Below are positions 42,101-57,100 of a stretch of DNA of 64,000 bases, in pieces (position 1 is the stretch's first letter; each line of letters starts with the position of its first letter). The position numbers and the translations under genes are program-made. The notes under the pieces are model-generated. The model was not told the origin of the DNA. It saw only the letters and a program-made list of their open reading frames with translations, and did not search any database. The stretch is from the human T2T-CHM13v2.0 reference genome, Homo sapiens. The stretch lies in NCBI RefSeq assembly GCF_009914755.1, contig NC_060925.1, one strand, 5' to 3'.

Positions 42101-45100
42101 GAATCATTGAACGGAATTGAATGGAATCGTCATCGAATGAATTGACTGCAATCATCGAATGGTCTCGAATGGAATCATCTTCAAATGGAATGGAATGGAA
42201 TCATCGCATAGAATCGAATGGAATTATCATCGAATGGAATCGAATGGAATCAACATCAAATGGAAAAAAACGGAATTATCGAATGGAATCGAAGAGAATC
42301 ATCGAATGGACCCGAATGGAATCATCTAATGGAATGGAATGGAATAATCCATGGACTCGAATGCAATCATCATCGAATGGAATCGAATGGAATCATCGAA
42401 TGGACTCGAATGGAATAATCATTGAACGGAATCGAATGGAATCATCATCGGATGGAAATGAATGGAATCATCATCGAATGGAATCGAATAGAATTATGGA
42501 ATGAAATCCAGTGTGATCATCATCGAATGGACCCGAATGGAATCATCATCCAACGGAAGCTAATGGAATCAACATCGAATGAATCGAATGGAAACACCAT
42601 CGAATTGAAACGAATGGAATTATCATGAAATTGAAATGGATGGACTCATCATCGAATGGATTCGAATGGAATCATCGAATAAAATTGATTGAAATCATCA
42701 TCGAATGGAATCGAATGGTATCATTGAATGGAATCGAATGGAATCATCATCAGATGGAAATGAATGGAATTGTCATAGAATGGAATGGAATGGATTCATT
42801 GAATGGAATCAGATGGAATCATCGAATGGACTGGAATGGAATCATTGAATGGACTCGAAAGGGATCATGATTGAATGGAATTGAATGGAATCATCGAATG
42901 GTCTCGATTGGAATCATTATCAAATGGAATCGAATGGAATCACCGAATAGAATCGAATGGAACAATCATCTAATGGACTCAAATGGAATTATCCTCCAAT
43001 GGAATCGAATGGAATTATCGAATGCAATCGAATGGAATTATCGAATGCAATCGAATAGAATCATCGAAAGGACTCGAATGGAATCATCGAATGGAATGGA
43101 ATGGAACAGTCAATGAACTCGAATGGAATCATCATTGAATGGAATCGAATGGAATCATCGAGTGGAATCGAATGGAATTATGATCAAATGGAATCGAATG
43201 TAATCATCATCAAATGGAATCAAAAATAACCATCATCAATTGGTATTGAATGGAATTGTCATCAAATGGAATTCAAAGGAATCATCATCAAATGGAACCG
43301 AATGGAATCCTCATTGAATGGAAATGAAAGGGGTCATCATCTAATGGAATCGCATGGAATCATCATCAAATGGAATCGAATGGAATCATCATCAAATGGA
43401 ATCTAATGGAATCATTGAACAGAATTGAATGGAATCGTCATCGAATGAATTGAATGCAATCATCGAATGGTCTCGAATGGAATCATCTTCTAATGGAAAG
43501 GAATGGAATCATAGCATAGAATCGAATGGAATTATCATCGAATGGAATCGAATGGTATCAACACCAAACGGAAAAAAACGGAATTATCGAATGGAATCGA
43601 AGAGAATCTTCGAACGGACCCGAATGGAATCATCTAATGGAATGGAATGGAATAATCCATGGACTCGAATGCAATCATCATCGAATGGAATCGACTGGAA
43701 TCATCGAATGGACTCGAATGGAATAATCATTGAACGGAATCGAATGGAATCATCATCGGATGGAAACGAATGGAATCATCATCGAATGGAAATGAAAGAA
43801 GTCATCATCTAATGGAATTGCATGGAATCATCATAAAATGGAATCGAATGGAATCAACATCAAATGGAATCAAATGGAATCATTGAACGGAATTGAATGG
43901 AATCGTCATCGAATGAATTGACTGCAATCATCGAATGGTCTCGAATGGAATCATCTTCAAATGGAATGGAATGGAATCATCGCATAGAATCGAATGGAAT
44001 TATCATCGAATGGAATCGAATGGAATCAACATCAAACGGAAAAAAACGGAATTATCGAATGGAATCGAAGAGAATCATCGAATGGACCCGAATGGAATAA
44101 TCTAATGGAATGGAATGGAATAATCCATGGACTCGAATGCAATCATCATCGAATGGAATCGAATGGAATCATCGAATGGACTCGAATGGAATAATCATTG
44201 AACGGAATCGAATGGAATCATCATCGGATGGAAATGAATGGAATCATCATCGAATGGAATCGAATAGAATTATGGAATGAAATCCAGTGTGATCATCATC
44301 GAATGGACCCGAATGGAATCATCATCCAACGGAAGCTAATGGAATCAACATCGAATGAATCGAATGGAAACACCATCGAATTGAAACGAATGGAATTATC
44401 ATGAAATTGAAATGGATGGACTCATCATCGAATGGATTCGAATGGAATCATCGAATAAAATTGATTGAAATCATCATCCAATGGAATCGAATGGTATCAT
44501 TGAATGGAATCGAATGGAATCATCATCAGATGGAAATGAATGGAATCGTCATAGAATGGAATCGAATGGATTCATTGAATGGAATCAGATGGAATCATCG
44601 AATGGACTGGAATGGAATCATTGATTGGACTCGAAAGGGATCATTATTGAATGGAATTGAATGGAATCATCGAATGGTCTCGATTGGAATCATTATCAAA
44701 TGGAATCGAATGGAATCACCGAATAGAATCGAATGGAACAATCATCAAATGGACTCAAATGGAATTATCCTCCAATGGAATCGAATGGAATTATCGAATG
44801 CAATCGAATGGAATTATCGAATGCAATCGAATAGAATCATCGAATGGACTCGAATGGAATCATCGAATGGAATGGAATGGAACAGTCAATGAACTCGAAT
44901 GGAATCATCATTGAATGGAATCGAATGGAATCATCGAGTGGAATTGAATGGAATTATGATCAAATGGAATCGAATGTAATCATCATCAAATGGAAACAAA
45001 AATAACCATCATCAATTGGTATTGAATGGAATTGTCATCAAATGGAATTCAAAGGAATCATCATCAAATGGAACCGAATGGAATCCTCATTGAATGGAAA

Positions 45101-48100
45101 TGAAAGGGGTCATCATCTAATGGAATCGCATGGAATCATCATCAAATGGAATCGAATGGAATCATCATCAAATGGAATCTAATGGAATCATTGAACAGAA
45201 TTGAATGGAATCGTCATCGAATGAATTGAATGCAATCATCGAATGGTCTCGAATGGAATCATCTTCTAATGGAAAGGAATGGAATCATCGCATAGAATCG
45301 AATGGAATTATCATCGAATGGAATCGAATGGTATCAACACCAAACGGAAAAAAACGGAATTATCGAATGGAATCGAAGAGAATCTTCGAACGGACCCGAA
45401 TGGAATCATCTAATGGAATGGAATGGAATAATCCATGGACTCGAATGCAATCATCATCGAATGGAATGGAATGGAATCATCGAATGGACTCGAATGGAAT
45501 AATCATTGAACGGAATCGAATGGAATCATCATCGGATGGAAATGAATGGAATCATCATCGAATGGAAATGAAAGGAGTCATCATCTAATGGAATTGCATG
45601 GAATCATCATAAAATGGAATCGAATGGAATCAACATCAAATGGAATCAAATGGAATCATTGAACGGAATTGAATGGAATCGTCATCGAATGAATTGACTG
45701 CAATCATCGAATGGTCTCGAATGGAATCATCTTCAAATGGAATGGAATGGAATCATCGCATAGAATCGAATGGAATTATCATCGAATGGAATCGAATGGA
45801 ATCAACATCAAACGGAAAAAAACGGAATTATCGAATGGAATTGAAGAGAATCATCGAATGGACCCGAATGGAATCATCTAATGGAATGGAATGGAATAAT
45901 CCATGGACTCGAATGCAATCATCATCGAATGGAATCGAATGGAATCATCGAATGGACTCGAATGGAATAATCATTGAACGGAATCGAATGGAATCATCAT
46001 CGGATGGAAATGAATGGAATCATCATCGAATGGAATCGAATAGAATTATGGAATGAAATCCAGTGTGATCATCATCGAATGGACCCGAATGGAATCATCA
46101 TCCAACGGAAGCTAATGGAATCAACATCGAATGAATCGAATGGAAACACCATCGAATTGAAACGAATGGAATTATTATGAAATTGAAATGGATGGACTCA
46201 TCATCGAATGGATTCGAATGGAATCATCGAATAAAATTGACTGAAATCATCATCCAATGGAATCGAATGGTATCATTGAATGGAATCGAATGGAATCATC
46301 ATCAGATGGAAATGAATGGAATCGTCGTAGAATGAAATCGAATGGATTCATTGAATGGAATCAGATGGAATCATCGAATGGACTGGAATGGAATCATTGA
46401 ATGGACTCGAAAGGGATCATGATTGAATGGAATTGAATGGAATCATCGAATGGTCTCGATTGGAATCATTATCAAATGGAATCGAATGGAATCACCGAAT
46501 AGAATCGAATGGAACAATCATCGAATGGACTCAAATGGAATTATCCTCAAATGGAATCGAATGGAATTATCGAATGCAATCGAATGGAATTATCGAATGC
46601 AATCGAATAGAATCATCGAAAGGACTCGAATGGAATCATCGAATGGAATGGAATGGAACAGTCAATGAAGTCGAATGGAATCATCATTGAATGGAATCGA
46701 ATGGAATCATCGACTGGAATCGAATGGAATTATGATCAAATGGAATCGAATGTAATCATCATCAAATGGAATCAAAAATAACCATCATCAATTGGTATTG
46801 AATGGAATTGTCATCAAATGGAATTCAAAGGAATCATCATCAAATGGAACCGAATGGAATCCTCATTGAATGGAAATGAAAGGGGTCATCATCTGATGGA
46901 ATCGCATGGAATCATCATCAAATGGAATAGAATGGAATCATCATCAAATGGAATCTAATGGAATCATTGAACAGAATTGAATGGAATCGTCATCGAATGA
47001 ATTGAATGCAATCATCGAATGGTCTCGAATGGAATCTTCTTCTAATGGAAAGGAATGGAATCATCGCATAGAATCGAATGGAATTATCATCGAATGGAAT
47101 CGAATGGTATCAACACCAAACGGAAAAAAACGGAATTATCGAATGGAATCGAAGAGAATCTTCGAACGGACCCGAATGGAATCATCTAATGGAATGGAAT
47201 GGAATAATCCATGGACTCGAATGCAATCATCATCGAATGGAATCGAATGGAATCATCGAATGGACTCGAATGGAATAATCATTGAACGGAATCGAATGGA
47301 ATCATCATCGGATGGAAATGAGTGGAATCATCATCGAATGGAAATGAAAGGAGTCATCATCTAATGGAATTGCATGGAATCATCATAAAATGGAATCGAA
47401 TGGAATCAACCTCAAATGGAATCAAATGGAATCATTGAACGGAATTGAATGGAATCATCATCGAATGAATTGACTGCAATCATCGAATGGTCTCGAATGG
47501 AATCATCTTCAAATGGAATGGAATGGAATCATCGCATAGAATCGAATGGAATTATCATCGAATGGAATCGAATGGAATCAACATCAAACGGAAAAAAACG
47601 GAATTATCGAATGGAATCGAAGAGAATCATCGAATGGACCCGAATGGAATCATCTAATGGAATGGAATGGAATTATCCATGGACTCGAATGCAATCATCA
47701 TCGAATGGAATCGAATGGAATCATCGAATGGACTCGAATGGAATAATCATTGAACGGAATCGAATGGAATCATCATCGGATGGAAATGAATGGAATCATC
47801 ATCGAATGGAATCGAATAGAATTATGGAATGAAATCCAGTGTGATCATCATCGAATGGACCCGAATGGAATCATCATCCAACGGAAGCTAATGGAATCAA
47901 CATCGAATGAATCGAATGGAAACACCATCGAATTGAAACGAATGGAATTATCATGAAATTGAAATGGATGGACTCATCATCGAATGGATTCGAATGGAAT
48001 CATCGAATAAAATTGATTGAAATCATCATCAAATGGAATCGAATGGTATCATTGAATGGAATCGAATGGAATCATCATCAGATGGAAATGAATGGAATCG

Positions 48101-51100
48101 TCATAGAATGGAATCGAATGGATTCATTGAATGGAATCAGATGGAATCATCGAATGGACTGGAATGGAATCATTGAATGGACTCGAAAGGGATCATGATT
48201 GAATGGAATTGAATGGAATCATCGAATGGTCTCGATTGGAATCATTATCAAATGGAATCGAATGGAATCACCGAATAGAATCGAATGGAACAATCATCGA
48301 ATGGACTCAAATGGAATTATCCTCAAATGGAATCGAATGGAATTATCGAATGCAATCGAATGGAATTATCGAATGCAATCGAATAGAATCATCGAATGGA
48401 CTCGAATGGAATCATCGAATGGAATGGAATGGAACAGTCAATGTACTCGAATGGAATCATCATTGAATGGAATCGAATGGAATCATCGAGTGGAATCGAA
48501 TGGAATTATGATCAAATGGAATCGAATGTAATCATCATCAAATGGAATCAAAAATAACCATCATCAATTGGTATTGAATGGAATTGTCATCAAATGGAAT
48601 TCAAAGGAATCATCATCAAATGGAACCGAATGGAATCCTCATTGAATGGAAATGAAAGGGGTCATCATCTAATGGAATCGCATGGAATCATCATCAAATG
48701 GAATCGAATGGAATCATCATCAAATGGAATCTAATGGAATCATTGAACAGAATTGAATGGAATCGTCATCGAATGAATTGAATGCAATCATCGAATGGTC
48801 TCGAATGGAATCATCTTCTAATGGAAAGGAATGGAATCATCGCATAGAATCGAATGGAATTATCATCGAATGGAATCGTATGGTATCAACACCAAACGGA
48901 AAAATACGGAATTATCGAATGGAATCGAAGAGAATCTTCGAACGGACCCGAATGGAATCATCTAATGGAATGGAATGGAATAATCCATGGACTCGAATGC
49001 AATCATCATCGAATGGAATGGAATGGAATCATCGAATGGACTCGAATGGAATAATCATTGAACGGAATCGAATGGAATCATCATCGGATGGAAACGAATG
49101 GAATCATCATCGAATGGAAATGAAAGGAGTCATCATCTAATGGAATTGCATGGAATCATCATAAAATGGAATCGAATGGAATCAACATCAAATGGAATCA
49201 AATGGAATCATTGAACGGAATTGAATGGAATCGTCATCGAATGAATTGACTGCAATCATCGAATGGTCTCGAATGGAATCATCTTCAAATGGAATGGAAT
49301 GGAATCATCGCATAGAATCGAATGGAATTATCATCGAATGGAATCGAATGGAATCAACATCAAACGGAAAAAAACGGAATTATCGAATGGAATCGAAGAG
49401 AATCATCGAATGGACCCGAATGGAATCATCTAATGGAATGGAATGGAATAATCCATGGACTCGAATGCAATCATCATCGAATGGAATCGAATGGAATCAT
49501 CGAATGGACTCGAATGGAATAATCATTGAACGGAATCGAATGGAATCATCATCGGATGGAAATGAATGGAATCATCATCGAATGGAATCGAATAGAATTA
49601 TGGAATGAAATCCAGTGTGATCATCATCGAATGGACCCGAATGGAATCATCATCCAACGGAAGCTAATGGAATCAACATCGAATGAATCGAATGGAAACA
49701 CCATCGAATTGAAACGAATGGAATTATCATGAAATTGAAATGGATGGACTCATCATCGAATGGATTCGAATGGAATCATCGAATAAAATTGATTGAAATC
49801 ATCATCCAATGGAATCGAATGGTATCATTGAATGGAAACGAATAGAATCATCATCAGATGGAAATGAATGGAATCGTCATAGAATGGAATCGAATGGATT
49901 CATTGAATGGAATCAGATGGAATCATCGAATGGACTGGAATGGAATCATTGAATGGACTCGAAAGGGATCATGATTGAATGGAATTGAATGGAATCATCG
50001 AATGGTCTCGATTGGAATCATTATCAAATGGAATCGAATGGAATCACCGAATAGAATCGAATGGAACAATCATCGAATGGACTCAAATGGAATTATCCTC
50101 CAATGGAATCGAATGGAATTATCGAATGCAATCGAATGGAATTATCGAATGCAATCGAATAGAATCATCGAATGGACTCGAATGGAATCATCGAATGGAA
50201 TGGAATGGAACAGTCAATGAACTCGAATGGAATCATCATTGAATGGAATCGAATGGAATCATCGAGTGGAATCGAATGGAATTATGATCAAATGGAATCG
50301 AATGTAATCATCATCAAATGGAATCAAAAATAACCATCATCAATTGGTATTGAATGGAATTGTCATCAAATGGAATTCAAAGGAATCATCATCAAATGGA
50401 ACCGAATGGAATCCTCATTGAATGGAAATGAAAGGGGTCATCATCTAATGGAATCGCATGGAATCATCATCAAATGGAATCGAATGGAATCATCATCAAA
50501 TGGAATCTAATGGAATCATTGAACAGAATTGAATGGAATCGTCATCGAATGAATTGAATGCAATCATCGAATGGTCTCGAATGGAATCATCTTCTAATGG
50601 AAAGGAATGGAATCATCGCATAGAATCGAATGGAATTATCATCGAATGGAATCAAATGGTATCAACACCAAACGGAAAAAAACGGAATTATCGAATGGAA
50701 TCGAAGAGAATCTTCGAACGGACCCGAATGGAATCATCTAATGGAATGGAATGGAATAATCCATGGACTCGAATGCAATCATCATCGAATGGAATGGAAT
50801 GGAATCATCGAATGGACTCGAATGGAATAATCATTGAACGGAATCGAATGGAATCATCATCGGATGGAAACGAATGGAATCATCATCGAATGGAAATGAA
50901 AGGAGTCATCATCTAATGGAATTGCATGGAATCATCATAAAATGGAATCGAATGGAATCAACATCAAATGGAATCAAATGGAATCATTGAACGGAATTGA
51001 ATGGAATCGTCATCGAATGAATTGACTGCAATCATCGAATGGTCTCGAATGGAATCATCTTCAAATGGAATGGAATGGAATCATCGCATAGAATCGAATG

Positions 51101-54100
51101 GAATTATCATCGAATGGAATCGAATGGAATCAACATCAAATGGAAAAAAACGGAATTATCGAATGGAATCGAAGAGAATCATCGAATGGACCCGAATGGA
51201 ATCATCTAATGGAATGGAATGGAATAATCCATGGACTCGAATGCAATCATCATCGAATGGAATCGAATGGAATCATCGAATGGACTCGAATGGAATAATC
51301 ATTGAACGGAATCGAATGGAATCATCATCGGATGGAAATGAATGGAATCATCATCGAATGGAATCGAATAGAATTATGGAATGAAATCCAGTGTGATCAT
51401 CATCGAATGGACCCGAATGGAATCATCATCCAACGGAAGCTAATGGAATCAACATCGAATGAATCGAATGGAAACACCATCGAATTGAAACGAATGGAAT
51501 TATTATGAAATTGAAATGGATGGACTCATCATCGAATGGATTCGAATGGAATCATCGAATAAAATTGATTGAAATCATCATCCAATGGAATCGAATGGTA
51601 TCATTGAATGGAATCGAATGGAATCATCATCAGATGGAAATGAATGGAATCGTCATAGAATGGAATCGAATGGATTCATTGAATGGAATCAGATGGAATC
51701 ATCGAATGGACTGGAATGGAATCATTGAATGGACTCGAAAGGGATCATGATTGAATGGAATTGAATGGAATCATCGAATGGTCTCGATTGGAATCATTAT
51801 CAAATGGAATCGAATGGAATCACCGAATAGAATCGAATGGAACAATCATCGAATGGACTCAAATGGAATTATCCTCAAATGGAATCGAATGGAATTATCG
51901 AATGCAATCGAATGGAATTATCGAATGCAATCGAATAGAATCATCGAATGGACTCGAATGGAATCATCGAATGGAATGGAATGGAACAGTCAATGAACTC
52001 GAATGGAATCATCATTGATTGGAATCGAATGGAATCATCGAGTGGAATCGAATGGAATTATGATCAAATGGAATCGAATGTAATCATCATCAAATGGAAT
52101 CAAAAATAACCATCATCAATTGGTATTGAATGGAATTGTCATCAAATGGAATTCAAAGGAATCATCATCAAATGGAACCGAATGGAATCCTCATTGAATG
52201 GAAATGAAAGGGGTCATCATCTAATGGAATCGCATGGAATCATCATCAAATGGAATCGAATGGAATCATCATCAAATGGAATCTAATGGAATCATTGAAC
52301 AGAATTGAATGGAATCGTCATCGAATGAATTGAATGCAATCATCGAATGGTCTCGAATGGAATCATCTTCTAATGGAAAGGAATGGAATCATCGCATAGA
52401 ATCGAATGGAATTATCATCGAATGGAATCGAATGGTATCAACACCAAACGGAAAAAAACGGAATTATCGAATGGAATCGAAGAGAATCTTCGAACGGACC
52501 CGAATGGAATCATCTAATGGAATGGAATGGAATAATCCATGGACTCGAATGCAATCATCATCGAATGGAATGGAATGGAATCATCGAATGGACTCGAATG
52601 GAATAATCATTGAACGGAATCGAATGGAATCATCATCGGATGGAAACGAATGGAATCATCATCGAATGGAAATGAAAGGAGTCATCATCTAATGGAATTG
52701 CATGGAATCATCATAAAATGGAATCGAATGGAATCAACATCAAATGGAATCAAATGGAATCATTGAACGGAATTGAATGGAATCGTCATCGAATGAATTG
52801 ACTGCAATCATCGAATGGTCTCGAATGGAATCATCTTCAAATGGAATGGAATGGAATCATCGCATAGAATCGAATGGAATTATCATCGAATGGAATCGAA
52901 TGGAATCAACATCAAACGGAAAAAAACAGAATTATCGTATGGAATCTAAGAGAATCATCGAATGGACCCGAATGGAATCATCTAATGGAATGGAATGGAA
53001 TAATCCATGGACTCGAATGCAATCATCATCGAATGGAATCGAATGGAATCATCGAATGGACTCGAATGGAATAATCATTGAACGGAATCGAATGGAATCA
53101 TCATCGGATGGAAATGAATGGAATCATCATCGAATGGAATCGAATAGAATTATGGAATGAAATCCAGTGTGATCATCATCGAATGGACCCGAATGGAATC
53201 ATCATCCAACGGAAGCTAATGGAATCAACATCGAATGAATCGAATGGAAACACCATCGAATTGAAACGAATGGAATTATCATGAAATTGAAATGGATGGA
53301 CACATCATCGAATGGATTCGAATGGAATCATCGAATAAAATTGATTGAAATCATCATCAAATGGAATCGAATGGTATCATTGAATGGAATCGAATGGAAT
53401 CATCATCAGATGGAAATGAATGGAATCGTCATAGAATGGAATCGAATGGATTCATTGAATGGAATCAGATGGAATCATCGAATGGACTGGAATGGAATCA
53501 TTGAATGGACTCGAAAGGGATCATGATTGAATGGAATTGAATGGAATCATCGAATGGTCTCGATTGGAATCATTATCAAATGGAATCGAATGGAATCACC
53601 GAATAGAATCGAATGGAACAATCATCGAATGGACTCAAATGGAATTATCCTCAAATGGAATCGAATGGAATTATCGAATGCAATCGAATGGAATTATCGA
53701 ATGCAATCGAATAGAATCATCGAATGGACTCGAATGGAATCATCGAATGGAATGGAATGGAACAGTCAATGAACTCGAATGGAATCATCATTGATTGGAA
53801 TCGAATGGAATCATCGAGTGGAATCGAATGGAATTATGATCAAATGGAATCGAATGTAATCATCATCAAATGGAATCAAAAATAACCATCATCAATTGGT
53901 ATTGAATGGAATTGTCATCAAATGGAATTCAAAGGAATCATCATCAAATGGAACCGAATGGAATCCTCATTGAATGGAAATGAAAGGGGTCATCATCTAA
54001 TGGAATCGCATGGAATCATCATCAAATGGAATCGAATGGAATCATCATCAAATGGAATCTAATGGAATCATTGAACAGAATTGAATGGAATCGTCATCGA

Positions 54101-57100
54101 ATGAATTGAATGCAATCATCGAATGGTCTCGAATGGAATCATCTTCTAATGGAAAGGAATGGAATCATCGCATAGAATCGAATGGAATTATCATCGAATG
54201 GAATCGAATGGTATCAACACCAAACGGAAAAAAACGGAATTATCGAATGGAATCGAAGAGAATCTTCGAACGGACCCGAATGGAATCATCTAATGGAATG
54301 GAATGGAATAATCCATGGACTCGAATGCAATCATCATCGAATGGAATCGAATGGAATCATCGAATGGACTCGAATGGAATAATCATTGAACGGAATCGAA
54401 TGGAATCATCATCGGATGGAAACGAATGGAATCATCATCGAATGGAAATGAAAGGAGTCATCATCTAATGGAATTGCATGGAATCATCATAAAATGCAAT
54501 CGAATGGAATCAACATCAAATGGAATCAAATGGAATCATTGAACGGAATTGAATGGAATCGTCATCGAATGAATTGACTGCAATCATCGAATGGTCTCGA
54601 ATGGAATCATCTTCAAATGGAATGGAATGGAATCATCGCATAGAATCGAATGGAATTATCATCGAATGGAATCGAATGGAATCAACATCAAACGGAAAAA
54701 AACAGAATTATCGTATGGAATCTAAGAGAATCATCGAATGGACCCGAATGGAATCATCTAATGGAATGGAATGGAATAATCCATGGACTCGAATGCAATC
54801 ATCATCGAATGGAATCGAATGGAATCATCGAATGGACTCGAATGGAATAATCATTGAACGGAATCGAATGGAATCATCATCGGATGGAAATGAATGGAAT
54901 CATCATCGAATGGAATCGAATAGAATTATGGAATGAAATCCAGTGTGATCATCATCGAATGGACCCGAATGGAATCATCATCCAACGGAAGCTAATGGAA
55001 TCAACATCGAATGAATCGAATGGAAACACCATCGAATTGAAACGAATGGAATTATCATGAAATTGAAATGGATGGACACATCATCGAATGGATTCGAATG
55101 GAATCATCGAATAAAATTGATTGAAATCATCATCAAATGGAATCGAATGGTATCATTGAATGGAATCGAATGGAATCATCATCAGATGGAAATGAATGGA
55201 ATCGTCATAGAATGGAATCGAATGGATTCATTGAATGGAATCAAATGGAATCATCGAATGGACTGGAATGGAATCATTGAATGGACTCGAAAGGGATCAT
55301 TATTGAATGGAATTGAATGGAATCATCGAATGGTCTTGATTGGAATCATTACCAAATGGAATCGAATGGAATCACCGAATAGAATCGAATGGAACAATCA
55401 TCGAATGGACTCAAATGGAATTATCCTCAAATGGAATCGAATGGAATTATCGAATGCAATCGAATGGAATTATCGAATGCAATCGAATAGAATCATCGAA
55501 TGGACTCGAATGGAATCATCGAACGGAATGGAATGGAACAGTCAATGAACTCGAATGGAATCATCATTGAATGGAATCGAATGGAATCATCGAGTGGAAT
55601 CGAATGGAATTATGATCAAATGGAATCGAATGTAATCATCATCAAATGGAATCAAAAATAACCATCATCAATTGGTATTGAATGGAATTGTCATCAAATG
55701 GAATTCAAAGGAATCATCATCAAATGGAACCGAATGGAATCCTCATTGAATGGAAATGAAAGGGGTCATCATCTAATGGAATCGCATGGAATCATCATCA
55801 AATGGAATCGAATGGAATCATCATCAAATGGAATCTAATGGAATCATTGAACAGAATTGAATGGAATCGTCATCGAATGAATTGAATGCAATCATCGAAT
55901 GGTCTCGAATGGAATCATCTTCTAATGGAAAGGAATGGAATCATCGCATAGAATCGAATGGAATTATCATCGAATGGAATCGAATGGTATCAACACCAAA
56001 CGGAAAAAAACGGAATTATCGAATGGAATCGAAGAGAATCTTCGAACGGACCCGAATGGAATCATCTAATGGAATGGAATGGAATAATCCATGGACTCGA
56101 ATGCAATCATCATCGAATGGAATCGAATGGAATCATCGAATGGACTCGAATGGAATAATCATTGAACGGAATCGAATGGAATCATCATCGGATGGAAATG
56201 AATGGAATCATCATCGAATGGAAATGAAAGGAGTCATCATCTAATGGAATTGCATGGAATCATCATAAAATGGAATCAAATGGAATCAACCTCAAATGGA
56301 ATCAAGTGGAATCATTGAACGGAATTGAATGGAATCGTCATCGAATGAATTGACTGCAATCATCGAATGGTCTCGAATGGAATCATCTTCAAATGGAATG
56401 GAATGGAATCATCGCATAGAATCGAATGGAATTATCATCGAATGGAATCGAATGGAATCAACATCAAACGGAAAAAAACGGAATTATCGAATGGAATCGA
56501 AGAGAATCATCGAATGGACCCGAATGGAATCATCTAATGGAATGGAATGGAATAATTCATGGACTCGAATGCAATCATCATCGAATGGAATCGAATGGAA
56601 TCATCGAATGGACTCGAATGGAATAATCATTGAACGGAATCGAATGGAATCATCATCGGATGGAAATGAATGGAATCATCATCGAATGGAATCGAATAGA
56701 ATTATGGAATGAAATCCAGTGTGATCATCATCGAATGGACCCGAATGGAATCATCATCCAACGGAAGCTAATGGAATCAACATCGAATGAATCGAATGGA
56801 AACACCATCGAATTGAAACGAATGGAATTATCATGAAATTGAAATGGATGGACTCATCATCGAATGGATTCGAATGGAATCATCGAATAAAATTGATTGA
56901 AATCATCATCGAATGGAATCGAATGGTATCATTGAATGGAATCGAATGGAATCATCATCAGATGGAAATGAATGGAATCGTCATAGAATGGAATCGAATG
57001 GATTCATTGAATGGAATCAGATGGAATCATCGAATGGACTGGAATGGAATCATTGAATGGACTCGAAAGGGATCACGATTGAATGGAATTGAATGGAATC